From Candidatus Heimdallarchaeota archaeon (GTDB taxonomy: Archaea > Asgardarchaeota > Heimdallarchaeia > Heimdallarchaeales > Kariarchaeaceae), in assembly GCA_030149205.1 (NCBI GenBank), contig JASBSB010000004.1:210001-242000 (forward strand): a DNA stretch of 32,000 nt, written 5' to 3'. Numbering within the stretch: the stretch's first letter is position 1; every line of letters starts with the position of its first letter. Positions 1 through 9,239 of the stretch are shown in pieces. Below the pieces are notes generated by a model, which was not told the DNA's origin, did no database searches, and saw nothing but the letters and a program-made list of their open reading frames with translations. A program made the translations under genes and the position numbers.

Positions 1-90
1 ATCAGATCCCCTAGCTCAAAAATACTCTTCTCTAAGAATTTGTAAAATACTCTCTAATAACTACCTTAGATTCTTTGTTCCTGTAAACAA

Positions 91-98
91 TTTTTAAT
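91..98 (+). promoter_or_regulatory. Putative archaeal TATA box of the rhomboid gene (leaderless)
   Basis: TTTTTAAT, 21 nt before the ATG at 120; no SD upstream of the ATG. Confidence 0.45.
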
Positions 99-119
99 GA
101 GTCAGAGATATGATACTCT

Positions 120-764
120 ATGAATTTGGAAAAGCAAAAAGCGAATCGAGAAGAAGAGCCTTGGAAGGGCCCAACAGGTGTTTTATTTTTTCTCAATGTT
201 CTTTTCTATGTTTTTGCATACGGTTTCTCAGTCTTATTAAAATTTGAGGGAAACCCAGTTTATATAGACATTTTTTCAATGCCAAGCACTTCAGTCGTGG
301 TTTTTGGGCTATCATTCCTTACTTTATCAGATGGCTGGTTTTGGCAAATTATTACTAATATATTTCTACATGCAAATTTGGCACATCTGTTTGGAAATAT
401 GCTATTTTTGTTTATCTATGGATTTGCTCTTGAAGAGAGAGGATTTTCCGATAATGAAATTTATCTTGGTTTTATTCTAACAGGTATTCTTTCATCCCTC
501 GTATCAATGTTTTTTTTACCCTATACAAGTTTCTCACTGGGTGCATCAGGAGCAATCTTTGGATTGCTTGGAATGATTATAGCCTGGGCAAAGGTTCATA
601 GAAGTGACATTTGGAAGCGACAGGTTCTACTTGGAATTCTATTGTTTGTCTTTTCTTCAGCGCAACCAAACGTGAATATTTTTGCACATTTATTTGGTTT
701 AATTTTTGGTTATCTTATCTATTTTACACCCTTATTCAACAAATCTCTTTCTGTACCTCAATAG
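120..764 (+). CDS. Rhomboid family intramembrane serine protease
   Basis: Multi-TM protein with FLHANLAHLFGNM, catalytic GASGAIFG (Ser) and AHLFG (His); 3' end overlaps the convergent S8 gene by 33 nt. Confidence 0.93.
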   Translation: MNLEKQKANREEEPWKGPTGVLFFLNVLFYVFAYGFSVLLKFEGNPVYIDIFSMPSTSVVVFGLSFLTLSDGWFWQIITNIFLHANLAHLFGNMLFLFIYGFALEERGFSDNEIYLGFILTGILSSLVSMFFLPYTSFSLGASGAIFGLLGMIIAWAKVHRSDIWKRQVLLGILLFVFSSAQPNVNIFAHLFGLIFGYLIYFTPLFNKSLSVPQ

Positions 765-3700
765 TTTGTTCTGAATATACTGACCCTCATTTTTAACCCA
801 TAGGACCCAAGATAGAATTAAGAATCCAAGGAAAAGAAAACTGAAATTCGTGATTTGATCTTGACCAGTGTAATACTCAAGGTTTGCAAAGATATCAATT
901 TGAGTGCTTGATACTATTTTCCCATTTTGTAGAATCGGAATCACCAAGGTATAAGCCCCATAAAAATCAAATCTAAACTTATGAAAGAATTCATTGTTGG
1001 TCCTGGTAATATTGAACTGTGTGATAAAGTAAGGGGCTTCCTTGTGGATTAAGAAGGCTTGCGTACTTTGAGGTAAATTCAATTGTGTTTTATTACTGAA
1101 TTGAATTCCTTGTAAATTAAAACGAATATCTTCATACATTTTTACAGTTAACTGATTAGTCCCCGTAATAAGTTTCCCATTCAAAAGCATGTTTGCTATC
1201 GGAACTTGGTCTGAAATCAGCCAATTGACAAGACTGGACGCCATACGATTATAGAAGATAGCATCAGTTTGCGTGCTTCCATAATTTAGCAATTGGCTTG
1301 TGAAGGGTAAAACTGATGAGAATACTGCAACTCGCCCTTTACCTGAATTAGCCGCAGCTGCAAGTGTACTCTGTCCAAATGTAGCCAATTTAATCACGTC
1401 TTTCGATAGTAAATCAAGCTGAGGACCAAAACTAAGAATTGAGCCCTGTGCTGGTATAATTTTTTGAAATTTGTTAATTTGTGCATTAACAGGAACTTTT
1501 GTAAAGTTATAATCTATTCTACCATCATTATTGTTGTCAGTGATTATTCTTATGGGAACATTTTTGTTATTTATATTCATGTTTAAAATTTGATTGACTG
1601 ATTGAACTGCAAATGGTCCTACTGGTTGGTTTTCATTAACAAAGGTGCCTCCGTTAGCTAAAATGAGGAGACTCCCGCCCTGTATGTCAACAAATTTGCG
1701 GATAATTTCGACTTCAACAGGAGAGTATGCATAGTTCGGGTCAGCAATAATAAGTAAATTGACACCATTCAATGTTGATTTAGTAATAGTTTCATGATTC
1801 ACGGCCACACTAAACCCATTTAGTCTTAAAAGATTTCCGAACTCGTTGAATTTTCCCTGAGGTCCATTATTATAATAATATCCTGGTTGGTTAGCAGTCC
1901 CTTCTTTAGATACATCAAACAGAATTTTTCCCCTTTCAAATGTTGATGTGCTAAAATATGTTATATTCATAAATTTCATTTTTTGAGCTGTAGATGATTC
2001 AATAAAATAGAGTTCAGCTTTATTTTGGATCACCCTCTTATCATTTATAGTTATGTTTACATTGATAATATTCTCTCCAACATTTAATTTGACCAATTTG
2101 GGCATTTGAATGCTTACGTTCCCATACTTATAGTCAACTCGTGGATTCACGGTCAAGTTTCTTGCACTAAAGACAGAAATATTGAAGCTTGAAGTTGAAC
2201 CAATAATATTGTTAACAAACCAACTGTTTGGTTTTCTCACTCTATCATAACCATTGTTTCTGTATTCAGTTCCGTCATGGATCACGATTGGATTAGAATT
2301 GGCAAACTCTGTAGGGTCTTGATTTGTCGAGAACATTTTATCTAAAATTAGATATGATTTGGTAAAATTTACCAACCCACGTCCTTGAACTTCAACATTA
2401 ACTCCTAAGTCCTTGGCACCAGCTAATATTGCTTGTTTAATATCAGATGAGGTAGCTTGTGGAAAGGCCTCTCGTAGTAAGAGAGCTCCAGCAGAAACAT
2501 GAGGCACTCCCATTGAGGTTCCACTTTTTACTGAAGGGACATCATGAGGACCAACAGATACAATTTGAACTCCTGGTGCAATAATATCGGGTTTATTCAA
2601 GTAAGATGGAGGAACCGATGGTCCTTGGGAGCTTAATCCCCAAACTTGTTGTTGATTGATAGCTGCTCCTACACCAATTACATTGGGGAGTGCTGCAGGA
2701 ATACCAATAGTTGAACCTCCCAAAACTCCATCGTTTCCAGCGGCAGCGACTAACAAAATGTCTTTTTGCTGAGCCGCTTTTACCAACTTATAGTATAAAT
2801 CAGATGTACCGTTATAATTTGTAGAGCCAAAGCTCATTGAAATAACGGAAACATTTTTCGAGATTGCCATATCTAGACCTTCGAGAACCCAAGCTGATTC
2901 TCCAAATCCATAACGGTTTAACACTTTGATTGAATCTACCTGGGCAAAGGGTGCCACACCATGGCTTTTATACTGCTTAAGTTTTCCATTTACATTATAA
3001 ATTCCATTTCCAACAGCGATTCCACCAACATGAGATCCATGTGTTGAATGATCAAAAACACCCTCAGAATTTGCAAGATATGGAATAGCAAAATCAAAAA
3101 CTCTAGATTGGGATAAATTTGAGAGTGTTTTGAATGCAGCCAAAGAATTATTGATTCCTGTGTCGACAATTGCCATCCGCTGATTTTCTCCAAAGAATCC
3201 TTTGTTCCAGAGATAATTAAGACCAATCCATGAGGTAGATGTATCTAATAATGTACCTGATAAAACTGTGGAAAGTGAATCAAGATTTTCAAAATACTTA
3301 TTATGTGATGATAGGGCGTAACTGTTAAATTGACTTGTTAAGGTCTTTTGCAATCCCTTTAGTTCAGGTATTTTTTTGGAATTTTGGATGGAGATTGCTG
3401 GAATGTTCTTAAAATCGTATACAATTTTTATTCCTGAATTCAGAAGTTTAGAGATCGCTGCTTGTTTATTGGAAAATGTGTCAAAATTTAATATTTTTTC
3501 CATCGAAACAGACTTTAGATTGCTGGGTAGAATTCCTTTTGATGTTTTCATTAGGTTTGGGTTTTGAACTAATGGGTTAGAATCAATCAAGTTTCTATTT
3601 TTCTGATATAGAGAACTTTGTTCTTGATGAGTAGAAATTATATTTTGTTTGGCATGAGTTTCAGAGATATTTTGAAATGAGGGATTTGACACGGTGAGAA

Positions 3701-3773
3701 TTGGAGATATTAAGATACATATAAGGAGAGTTGTAAAGAGAAGATTCTTACCCATTAAATTACTCAAACTCAA
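732..3773 (-). CDS. Membrane-anchored S8 subtilase with Site-1-protease-like architecture (signal peptide, prodomain, S8, GldG/DUF4350-like domain, C-terminal TM)
   Basis: Catalytic triad motifs AIVDTGI, THGSHVGG, SGTSMGVPHV; oxyanion AAAGNDG; hydrophobic N-terminus; C-terminal TM FSFLFLGFLILSWVLWV followed by a basic tail. True start may be the ATG at 3755 rather than the TTG at 3773. Confidence 0.88.
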   Translation of the reverse strand: MSLSNLMGKNLLFTTLLICILISPILTVSNPSFQNISETHAKQNIISTHQEQSSLYQKNRNLIDSNPLVQNPNLMKTSKGILPSNLKSVSMEKILNFDTFSNKQAAISKLLNSGIKIVYDFKNIPAISIQNSKKIPELKGLQKTLTSQFNSYALSSHNKYFENLDSLSTVLSGTLLDTSTSWIGLNYLWNKGFFGENQRMAIVDTGINNSLAAFKTLSNLSQSRVFDFAIPYLANSEGVFDHSTHGSHVGGIAVGNGIYNVNGKLKQYKSHGVAPFAQVDSIKVLNRYGFGESAWVLEGLDMAISKNVSVISMSFGSTNYNGTSDLYYKLVKAAQQKDILLVAAAGNDGVLGGSTIGIPAALPNVIGVGAAINQQQVWGLSSQGPSVPPSYLNKPDIIAPGVQIVSVGPHDVPSVKSGTSMGVPHVSAGALLLREAFPQATSSDIKQAILAGAKDLGVNVEVQGRGLVNFTKSYLILDKMFSTNQDPTEFANSNPIVIHDGTEYRNNGYDRVRKPNSWFVNNIIGSTSSFNISVFSARNLTVNPRVDYKYGNVSIQMPKLVKLNVGENIINVNITINDKRVIQNKAELYFIESSTAQKMKFMNITYFSTSTFERGKILFDVSKEGTANQPGYYYNNGPQGKFNEFGNLLRLNGFSVAVNHETITKSTLNGVNLLIIADPNYAYSPVEVEIIRKFVDIQGGSLLILANGGTFVNENQPVGPFAVQSVNQILNMNINNKNVPIRIITDNNNDGRIDYNFTKVPVNAQINKFQKIIPAQGSILSFGPQLDLLSKDVIKLATFGQSTLAAAANSGKGRVAVFSSVLPFTSQLLNYGSTQTDAIFYNRMASSLVNWLISDQVPIANMLLNGKLITGTNQLTVKMYEDIRFNLQGIQFSNKTQLNLPQSTQAFLIHKEAPYFITQFNITRTNNEFFHKFRFDFYGAYTLVIPILQNGKIVSSTQIDIFANLEYYTGQDQITNFSFLFLGFLILSWVLWVKNEGQYIQNKLLRYRKRFVE

Positions 3774-3839
3774 AAGAAATTATAACCTTTGTTTGCCAAA
3801 GATAGATATTGAACTGAATTCTATTATTATCTAATCATT

Positions 3840-4769
3840 TCATGTGAGAAGTTCAACAGAAGATTTACCAACTAAAACTGTATGCTCATGTTGTGATACC
3901 AATGCTCGTTTAGATTTTTCTATTAATACAGGATATTTCATGATTATTTTCCGTTTTAGCAAGAACTGTATTTTTTTGTTTATTTCTTTTTTTTCAGCGA
4001 GTGTGTTTTTGTCAGTTACAAATCTTGGAGAAAAGGGTAAAATACCCACCTTTTGATAAAAATCATCAAAGATTTTGTTGAGTTTTTCATGATTTCCCTT
4101 TGGTTTCTTTATTATTCGGAAAATATTTGATACTTCAGATTCTTTGATAGCACCAGTCATTGTTGATGCAAATGGTTCTATTGCATAGACCTTTCCTGAT
4201 TCGAATTCACTTGCCCCCAAAAATTGCGCCCCTGAATGGTTTGGAACAGACACACCTGCATGAAGAACATATCGTTTAATTTGATGACCTGATAATTCCT
4301 TTATTGGATTAAATCCTGCTTGAGTTATAGTGGATTCAATAATCTTACCAATAGTTTTAAGTTTTTGACCTGCATGGACGTTCTCAACAGCTTTTGTTAA
4401 TGCAGTTTTAGTGCTATTTACCAAAGAATCTGTATCATCAGAAAATGAGACTGTAACTGCTGTGTCTACTATATATCCATCAATATGAACACCCAAATCA
4501 AGTTTAATCACATCTCGCTCTCCAATAATACGAGTGTCTAATATCTCAGGGGAATAATGTGCAGCTTCATAGTTTACTGAAAAGTTGGTTGGAAAGGCTG
4601 GAATGCCCCCCAGTTCACGAATTTTGTTTTCGATCTCTTCAACAATTTCATATGCATTTTCTCCGGGTTGGATTAATTTTTTTGCAAGTTTCTTGGCTGA
4701 TTTTGAAATTCTTCCGGCTTTTCGATACTTAGAAAGAATTTCTTTTCCTGAGGTGTTTATTTGTGACAT
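3840..4769 (-). CDS. map: Methionine aminopeptidase, type II (archaeal/eukaryotic type)
   Basis: Metal-ligand motifs AAHYSP, KLDLGVHIDGYIVDTAVT, LSGHQI, YAIEPF, SQHEHTV; helical insertion between EPF and HEHT typical of type II. Confidence 0.95.
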   Translation of the reverse strand: MSQINTSGKEILSKYRKAGRISKSAKKLAKKLIQPGENAYEIVEEIENKIRELGGIPAFPTNFSVNYEAAHYSPEILDTRIIGERDVIKLDLGVHIDGYIVDTAVTVSFSDDTDSLVNSTKTALTKAVENVHAGQKLKTIGKIIESTITQAGFNPIKELSGHQIKRYVLHAGVSVPNHSGAQFLGASEFESGKVYAIEPFASTMTGAIKESEVSNIFRIIKKPKGNHEKLNKIFDDFYQKVGILPFSPRFVTDKNTLAEKKEINKKIQFLLKRKIIMKYPVLIEKSKRALVSQHEHTVLVGKSSVELLT

Positions 4770-4802
4770 TTATGGCTAGATTTCCTTCAGTTACGTTAAC
4801 TT

Positions 4803-7800
4803 TTAGGCTTTCCACTGAGGCATAGCCATAAAATTGGTTACCAACGTACCAAATTCAGAAACAAACAGTGGGTCAGAAGTTACTATCCCATAGGGTTCTT
4901 TAGAGTTTAAAGGTCTTGCAACCATTATCTCCTCGGCATCTCGGGTAACTATAACCATGTTCATTCCTCCTCGATATCTTGATTCGTCATGCTCCCTAAG
5001 TTGTATGTTGTTTTCACTTTTACGTAGAAACTCAACTATTTTTTCATCCTCTGAAGTATGCTGCTTTCGGTCGGTAATAATTGTAACTGCTGTTCTACTA
5101 TATTCCTCCCAAATCTTCGGATTCAACCAATCAATATTAGGAGAAATAATGGTGAGCTTTGATTTAGTTCGACTTATGATACCATTGAGATTCGCTTCAA
5201 CTGCCTCTTTAGAAGCGTCTACATAGGTAGTTTCAATGATCTTAGGCTCTATCCCTTCACTAGTTTCCGCTATTGTTTTTAGTAATTTTATAGATTTCGC
5301 AGTTGCTTGCAGAGTTTCTTCAATAATACCAGGGATCTGTTCTATTGATTGTAATACATTCCCTTCATTTTTAGAATTCAATTCCTTAAGTGTCGTTGTT
5401 AGTTTTGAACTTAAACTATCAAGATCATTGTTTACTGTTGAATAGTTGGATTGAAGATTAGAGATAGCTTCATTGTACACTTTTTGAATGAATTCAGAGA
5501 ATTTTACATAATTTCCTTCAATCCCTTTGTCCACAATCTCTATATACTCATCGTTTACTTTATCAAGAGATTCATAAATGCCTTTGAGCATTGTACTTGC
5601 GCTTTCTGATGCCTTAACAACTGAATCCTCAATTACCTTAGTTGGTTGGTTTGTGGCTGATTTTAATCCTTCAATCTCATTCTGAATAAACTCAGACACA
5701 GTCTCATTAGTGTTTTGCACTGAAGAATTCACTGAAGTTAAAAGCTCATTTAACTGCTCAGTCGTCAAATTTTGATGATTTAAGGTTAAGGATTTCATTG
5801 ACTCAACTTGGGTTGAATAAATCTTTAAATGAGATTTATCAATTTCCTTTGTTTTATTCATCACCGATGTTCTAAACTTTTCTATGGATTTATTAAAATC
5901 AGTTTGTAGTTTCTCTCTCAACTTCTCTACTGATACAATTAGTTCTTTTGAATATGAATCAATTTTCTTTACCTCTGTATCAATTTTAGAGAATCCCGTA
6001 AGAGACTTATTAAAATTGGTTGAAAGTGCTTTTTCTACTATTGCTTTTTCTTTTTCAACAGATGCTTTAAAATCCTTATCTAGATTATTTGTGTCTGTTT
6101 TGATGGTAGCTAGTGGCTTTGACACATTTGTTGTTAATGAGTCAGTTGATTTCTTAATCCCCTTAACTGCTGATTGGACTGCTTTGACTATGGATCCCAC
6201 CGTCTCTTTCGTGTTCTTATCTTGAGTATTTTGTGTCGAATTGATAGTTTGTCCTGTCAATTTAATTATTTCGTCTTTAACCATACCGAGGTCTTCAGAG
6301 AATTTTTCAAACGAATCATCAATTAATTTAGACTGTTCTTCTAATCCCTCATCTAAATTGGAAGATTCTTTTGCCACAATTTCTTTGATTTCCTTACTTT
6401 TGGTCTCGACTGTTGTAGAAAGAACAGCTTTAACCTTGTCTACAATTTCATTCACTGATTCTAAACTTTGGTTTGCAATTTGTTTTACAAAAGTGTTTAA
6501 TTCCGTCTCATGAGTACCTATCACTTTTGAGATTCCATCTGCTGTTTTACGGATTTTATCCTCAAATTCATCTTTTAGAGTCTCTATTGTTGAATTTATT
6601 GATGTTATCTCTCCGTCAACAACTTCAATTAATTCAGATTGGAATGAATTTAGAAGTTCTACCAATTGATTAACAGCTTCAGAAATCCCTTCCATACTAG
6701 ACTCTTGATTTATCAAGATTCTGTTTTCTTTGGAGTTGCCTTCAACACCAGTTGCTAGGTATTGTGCCTTCGAAATCATTTCGGTAACAGGCGACACAAA
6801 ATATTTATTTAGCTCAGAAGACACTGTACCCTCAAATTTGGTGACAATTTCAAGACTAGAGGAAACCAATGTTTCCTTAAATGTCTCCTCATAATTTAGA
6901 ATATCAGTTGTAAAAGTTGCCAGTACAGACCCGTAAGAGTTAGATTGATCATCAATTAAGTTTTCAACTCGTTCTAATTCATCCTGAACTGTTCTACTCA
7001 AACTATCTAATACTTCACCTTGAGTGGTCTCCGTATCACTCAAGGCATCGCCCAAGAATTTATCCAAGGATTGGGAAAGTCTACCAAAATCATTGGTTAC
7101 ACGTTTATGCTCTTCTAGTTTTTGTATGACGAAATCCTTTTTCCCGAATAACCCCTTTGTGTTTGATTCTAAGGCAACTTCAAGTTCTCTAAGATGCTGA
7201 CTTGTTTTTTCTTTGAATGCCTCAAATTCTCGCTTTAAATTTCCAAGTTGGTCCTGATGATCATTAAATATCCTTTCAATATCAGTGGGTAGTTGTTCCC
7301 TTATATTTACAATATTTAATTCAAAATCAGACTTAAATTGTTTTAGCTTCGTTAGATTTGTGTTTTGTACTTTAGAGCTTGCACCGTTAAATCTGGACTC
7401 AGCATCAGAACAAGATTTTTTAAACTCTTCAAGCTGATTTTCTCTAACATCAGCTATGAGTTTCATAGAATTATCGATTAATTTCTTACTTGCAGCAGAT
7501 GCTTCAATTTGTAATGATTCTGCATCATTATTTAAATCGGTGATTTGTTCATTCATCCTCGCAATAATATCTTCATGGGTTTCTCTATAATTTGTTAATT
7601 TATCTAGAGTCTGGTCAATTGCATTTTGAACCGAAGTACTGATTGTGTTGACAGATTGAACTTTTTGCTCGGTTGTGTTGGACACAAACTCCTTGACATA
7701 TTTTTCGAGTGATTGTAATTTTTCATCGGAGATTTCAGTAACATTATCTTGAGTTTCACTTGATAATGAGTTATTTTTAGACTCCGTATTTTCAACCATC

Positions 7801-9239
7801 TTGTCTAAATTTGTTGAGACGTCAGAAATCAGATCTCCTAACCCAGACTCTAAGTCTGTCCTTGTATCATTTAAGAATTTAGTCACTTCATTTACAAGAA
7901 GATTCAAATTCTCTTTTACAAGATTAACAGTATTTCCTGACTCCTGCTTTAATGTCTCTTTGAACTCCGTATTAACAGATTTAATCTGTTCAAAAATCTT
8001 GGTGAAATCACTATTAACCTTTTTGTTTAATATATCGAGGTCTGATTTCAATTTTGTATTTGTCGTTTCTAATATCTTGGTTAAATCTTTTTCCGTAGAA
8101 TTTAGGTTTTTGGTAACTGCATCAAGAATCTGTTTTAACCCTTCTAGTGCAGTGGATTGTGTTGATTCAATGGAAGACAATAGGAGGCCTTGAATATTTT
8201 CAATACTAGCTATTAAGCTTTGACTAAATTTATCTAAGGAAGTTTTGGCGACATCAATTGATTCTGATTTCAAAGCATCCTTTACTTTGATTAAATCTGC
8301 AAGAGTTGTTAGTATTAATTTAGAAGAGTCCTTTGAAGTTTTTTTCAATGATTCGAGAAGATCCACAAAATTTTGATGAACATCTGTTGTAACATTCTCA
8401 CCAGCTTCGTTTGCTGATTTGTTTATTGTCTTCGAAATTTCATCAACTGAGGAGTTAAGTGACTTATCTATCTCTATGATATCAGTCAACTGTTTGTCTG
8501 TTATTTCAGAGAGGCTCTGGGTGATAGCTGTTGTACGTGCATTTGTATTCATCGCCACCTCATTAACATATTCTTGGATTTCACCTGTTATCTCATTTCG
8601 AGTGTTCTCAAGGTCTGCTGAAAATTTGTCAAATAATTGTTTAATGGACTCCGATTGTTCAGTCTTTTGTATTTGAAGCTTTTCATCTGCAGTTTTGAGA
8701 TCAACACTTAGTTTACTTAAAGGAGCTATGATTACTTGTTTTATTTCATTACCGAGTTCTTTCCCTTTAGTTTTTAAATTAGAATCTGAAAGTGTGACTT
8801 CCTCTTTTAGTGTAGCGCTTTGTTGTTCTGTAACTTTTTTAACATCGTTTTCAAATTCATTTAGGGTTTTATCCTTGTTTCCGATAAAATCATCTAATTC
8901 AGAGTCAATTTTTGATTTTGTTGTATCCCAGCTACTTTTTACCTCATCACTGACTACTGCCAGCTTTTGTGATAGTTTTTCGCTAAGGTCTGCTGAAAGT
9001 GCTATTTTTGGAGAAACTGGGATAAAAATACTCATTTCACCATTTGTTGATTTTACTTCTTTAACAAGACCCTTAGTTTTAAGTTGGTCTACCGCTCCTC
9101 TAATCTCTTCCAAACTGGTAGAGTCAATATATGTGTAAATTTGTCCTAAGGTTCTAAACCCAAAAGTAACTAGATTAGTATAGGTTTTTGCCTCTATTTC
9201 CGAAAATCCGAGATCACTTAATTCTGTTGCTATGCTCAT
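4803..9239 (-). CDS. TrmB-like winged-helix protein with about 1250-aa hendecad coiled-coil insert and C-terminal TrmB effector/PLD-like domain
   Basis: N-terminus LSDLGFSEIEAKTYTNLV...LKTKGLV...FIPVSP matches TrmB wHTH pattern; aa about 82-1330 helical with 11-residue periodicity; last about 148 aa (EPKIIETTYVDASKEAV...IISP...VIVTRDAEEIMV) resemble the TrmB PLD-like domain without HxK. Confidence 0.75.
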   Translation of the reverse strand: MSIATELSDLGFSEIEAKTYTNLVTFGFRTLGQIYTYIDSTSLEEIRGAVDQLKTKGLVKEVKSTNGEMSIFIPVSPKIALSADLSEKLSQKLAVVSDEVKSSWDTTKSKIDSELDDFIGNKDKTLNEFENDVKKVTEQQSATLKEEVTLSDSNLKTKGKELGNEIKQVIIAPLSKLSVDLKTADEKLQIQKTEQSESIKQLFDKFSADLENTRNEITGEIQEYVNEVAMNTNARTTAITQSLSEITDKQLTDIIEIDKSLNSSVDEISKTINKSANEAGENVTTDVHQNFVDLLESLKKTSKDSSKLILTTLADLIKVKDALKSESIDVAKTSLDKFSQSLIASIENIQGLLLSSIESTQSTALEGLKQILDAVTKNLNSTEKDLTKILETTNTKLKSDLDILNKKVNSDFTKIFEQIKSVNTEFKETLKQESGNTVNLVKENLNLLVNEVTKFLNDTRTDLESGLGDLISDVSTNLDKMVENTESKNNSLSSETQDNVTEISDEKLQSLEKYVKEFVSNTTEQKVQSVNTISTSVQNAIDQTLDKLTNYRETHEDIIARMNEQITDLNNDAESLQIEASAASKKLIDNSMKLIADVRENQLEEFKKSCSDAESRFNGASSKVQNTNLTKLKQFKSDFELNIVNIREQLPTDIERIFNDHQDQLGNLKREFEAFKEKTSQHLRELEVALESNTKGLFGKKDFVIQKLEEHKRVTNDFGRLSQSLDKFLGDALSDTETTQGEVLDSLSRTVQDELERVENLIDDQSNSYGSVLATFTTDILNYEETFKETLVSSSLEIVTKFEGTVSSELNKYFVSPVTEMISKAQYLATGVEGNSKENRILINQESSMEGISEAVNQLVELLNSFQSELIEVVDGEITSINSTIETLKDEFEDKIRKTADGISKVIGTHETELNTFVKQIANQSLESVNEIVDKVKAVLSTTVETKSKEIKEIVAKESSNLDEGLEEQSKLIDDSFEKFSEDLGMVKDEIIKLTGQTINSTQNTQDKNTKETVGSIVKAVQSAVKGIKKSTDSLTTNVSKPLATIKTDTNNLDKDFKASVEKEKAIVEKALSTNFNKSLTGFSKIDTEVKKIDSYSKELIVSVEKLREKLQTDFNKSIEKFRTSVMNKTKEIDKSHLKIYSTQVESMKSLTLNHQNLTTEQLNELLTSVNSSVQNTNETVSEFIQNEIEGLKSATNQPTKVIEDSVVKASESASTMLKGIYESLDKVNDEYIEIVDKGIEGNYVKFSEFIQKVYNEAISNLQSNYSTVNNDLDSLSSKLTTTLKELNSKNEGNVLQSIEQIPGIIEETLQATAKSIKLLKTIAETSEGIEPKIIETTYVDASKEAVEANLNGIISRTKSKLTIISPNIDWLNPKIWEEYSRTAVTIITDRKQHTSEDEKIVEFLRKSENNIQLREHDESRYRGGMNMVIVTRDAEEIMVARPLNSKEPYGIVTSDPLFVSEFGTLVTNFMAMPQWKA
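7776..8237 (-). repeat. Fourteen in-register hendecad (11-aa) protein repeats, clearest part of the rod
   Basis: LDKFSQSLIAS / IENIQGLLLSS / IESTQSTALEG / LKQILDAVTKN / LNSTEKDLTKI / LETTNTKLKSD / LDILNKKVNSD / FTKIFEQIKSV ... LDKMVENTESK with hydrophobics at positions 1, 4/5 and 8. Confidence 0.85.

Noticed and set aside
1-119. Possible end of an upstream gene at the window start
   Set aside because: Only short open stretches; nothing diagnostic
4803-5250. Active PLD-family nuclease at the C-terminus, making the locus an Avs-like defence system
   Set aside because: No HxKxxxxD motif and no other nuclease/TIR/SIR2 effector visible; defence cannot be supported from sequence
4957-9138. Plus-strand ORFs of 60-150 aa inside the rod gene, and similar shadows at 611, 2990, 3376, 3844, 4585, 11455, 15054, 17160, 19053, 19796, 20350, 22605, 29937, 30094, 31302
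   Set aside because: Antisense or alternate-frame shadows of well-supported genes with no recognisable motifs; hydrophobic Ser/Phe/Leu richness is the expected mirror of Glu/Lys/Asp codons
4803-9239. SMC/Rad50 or myosin-like annotation for the 1478-aa protein
   Set aside because: No Walker A/B, ABC signature, hinge or CxxC hook; periodicity is 11, and the termini look TrmB-like
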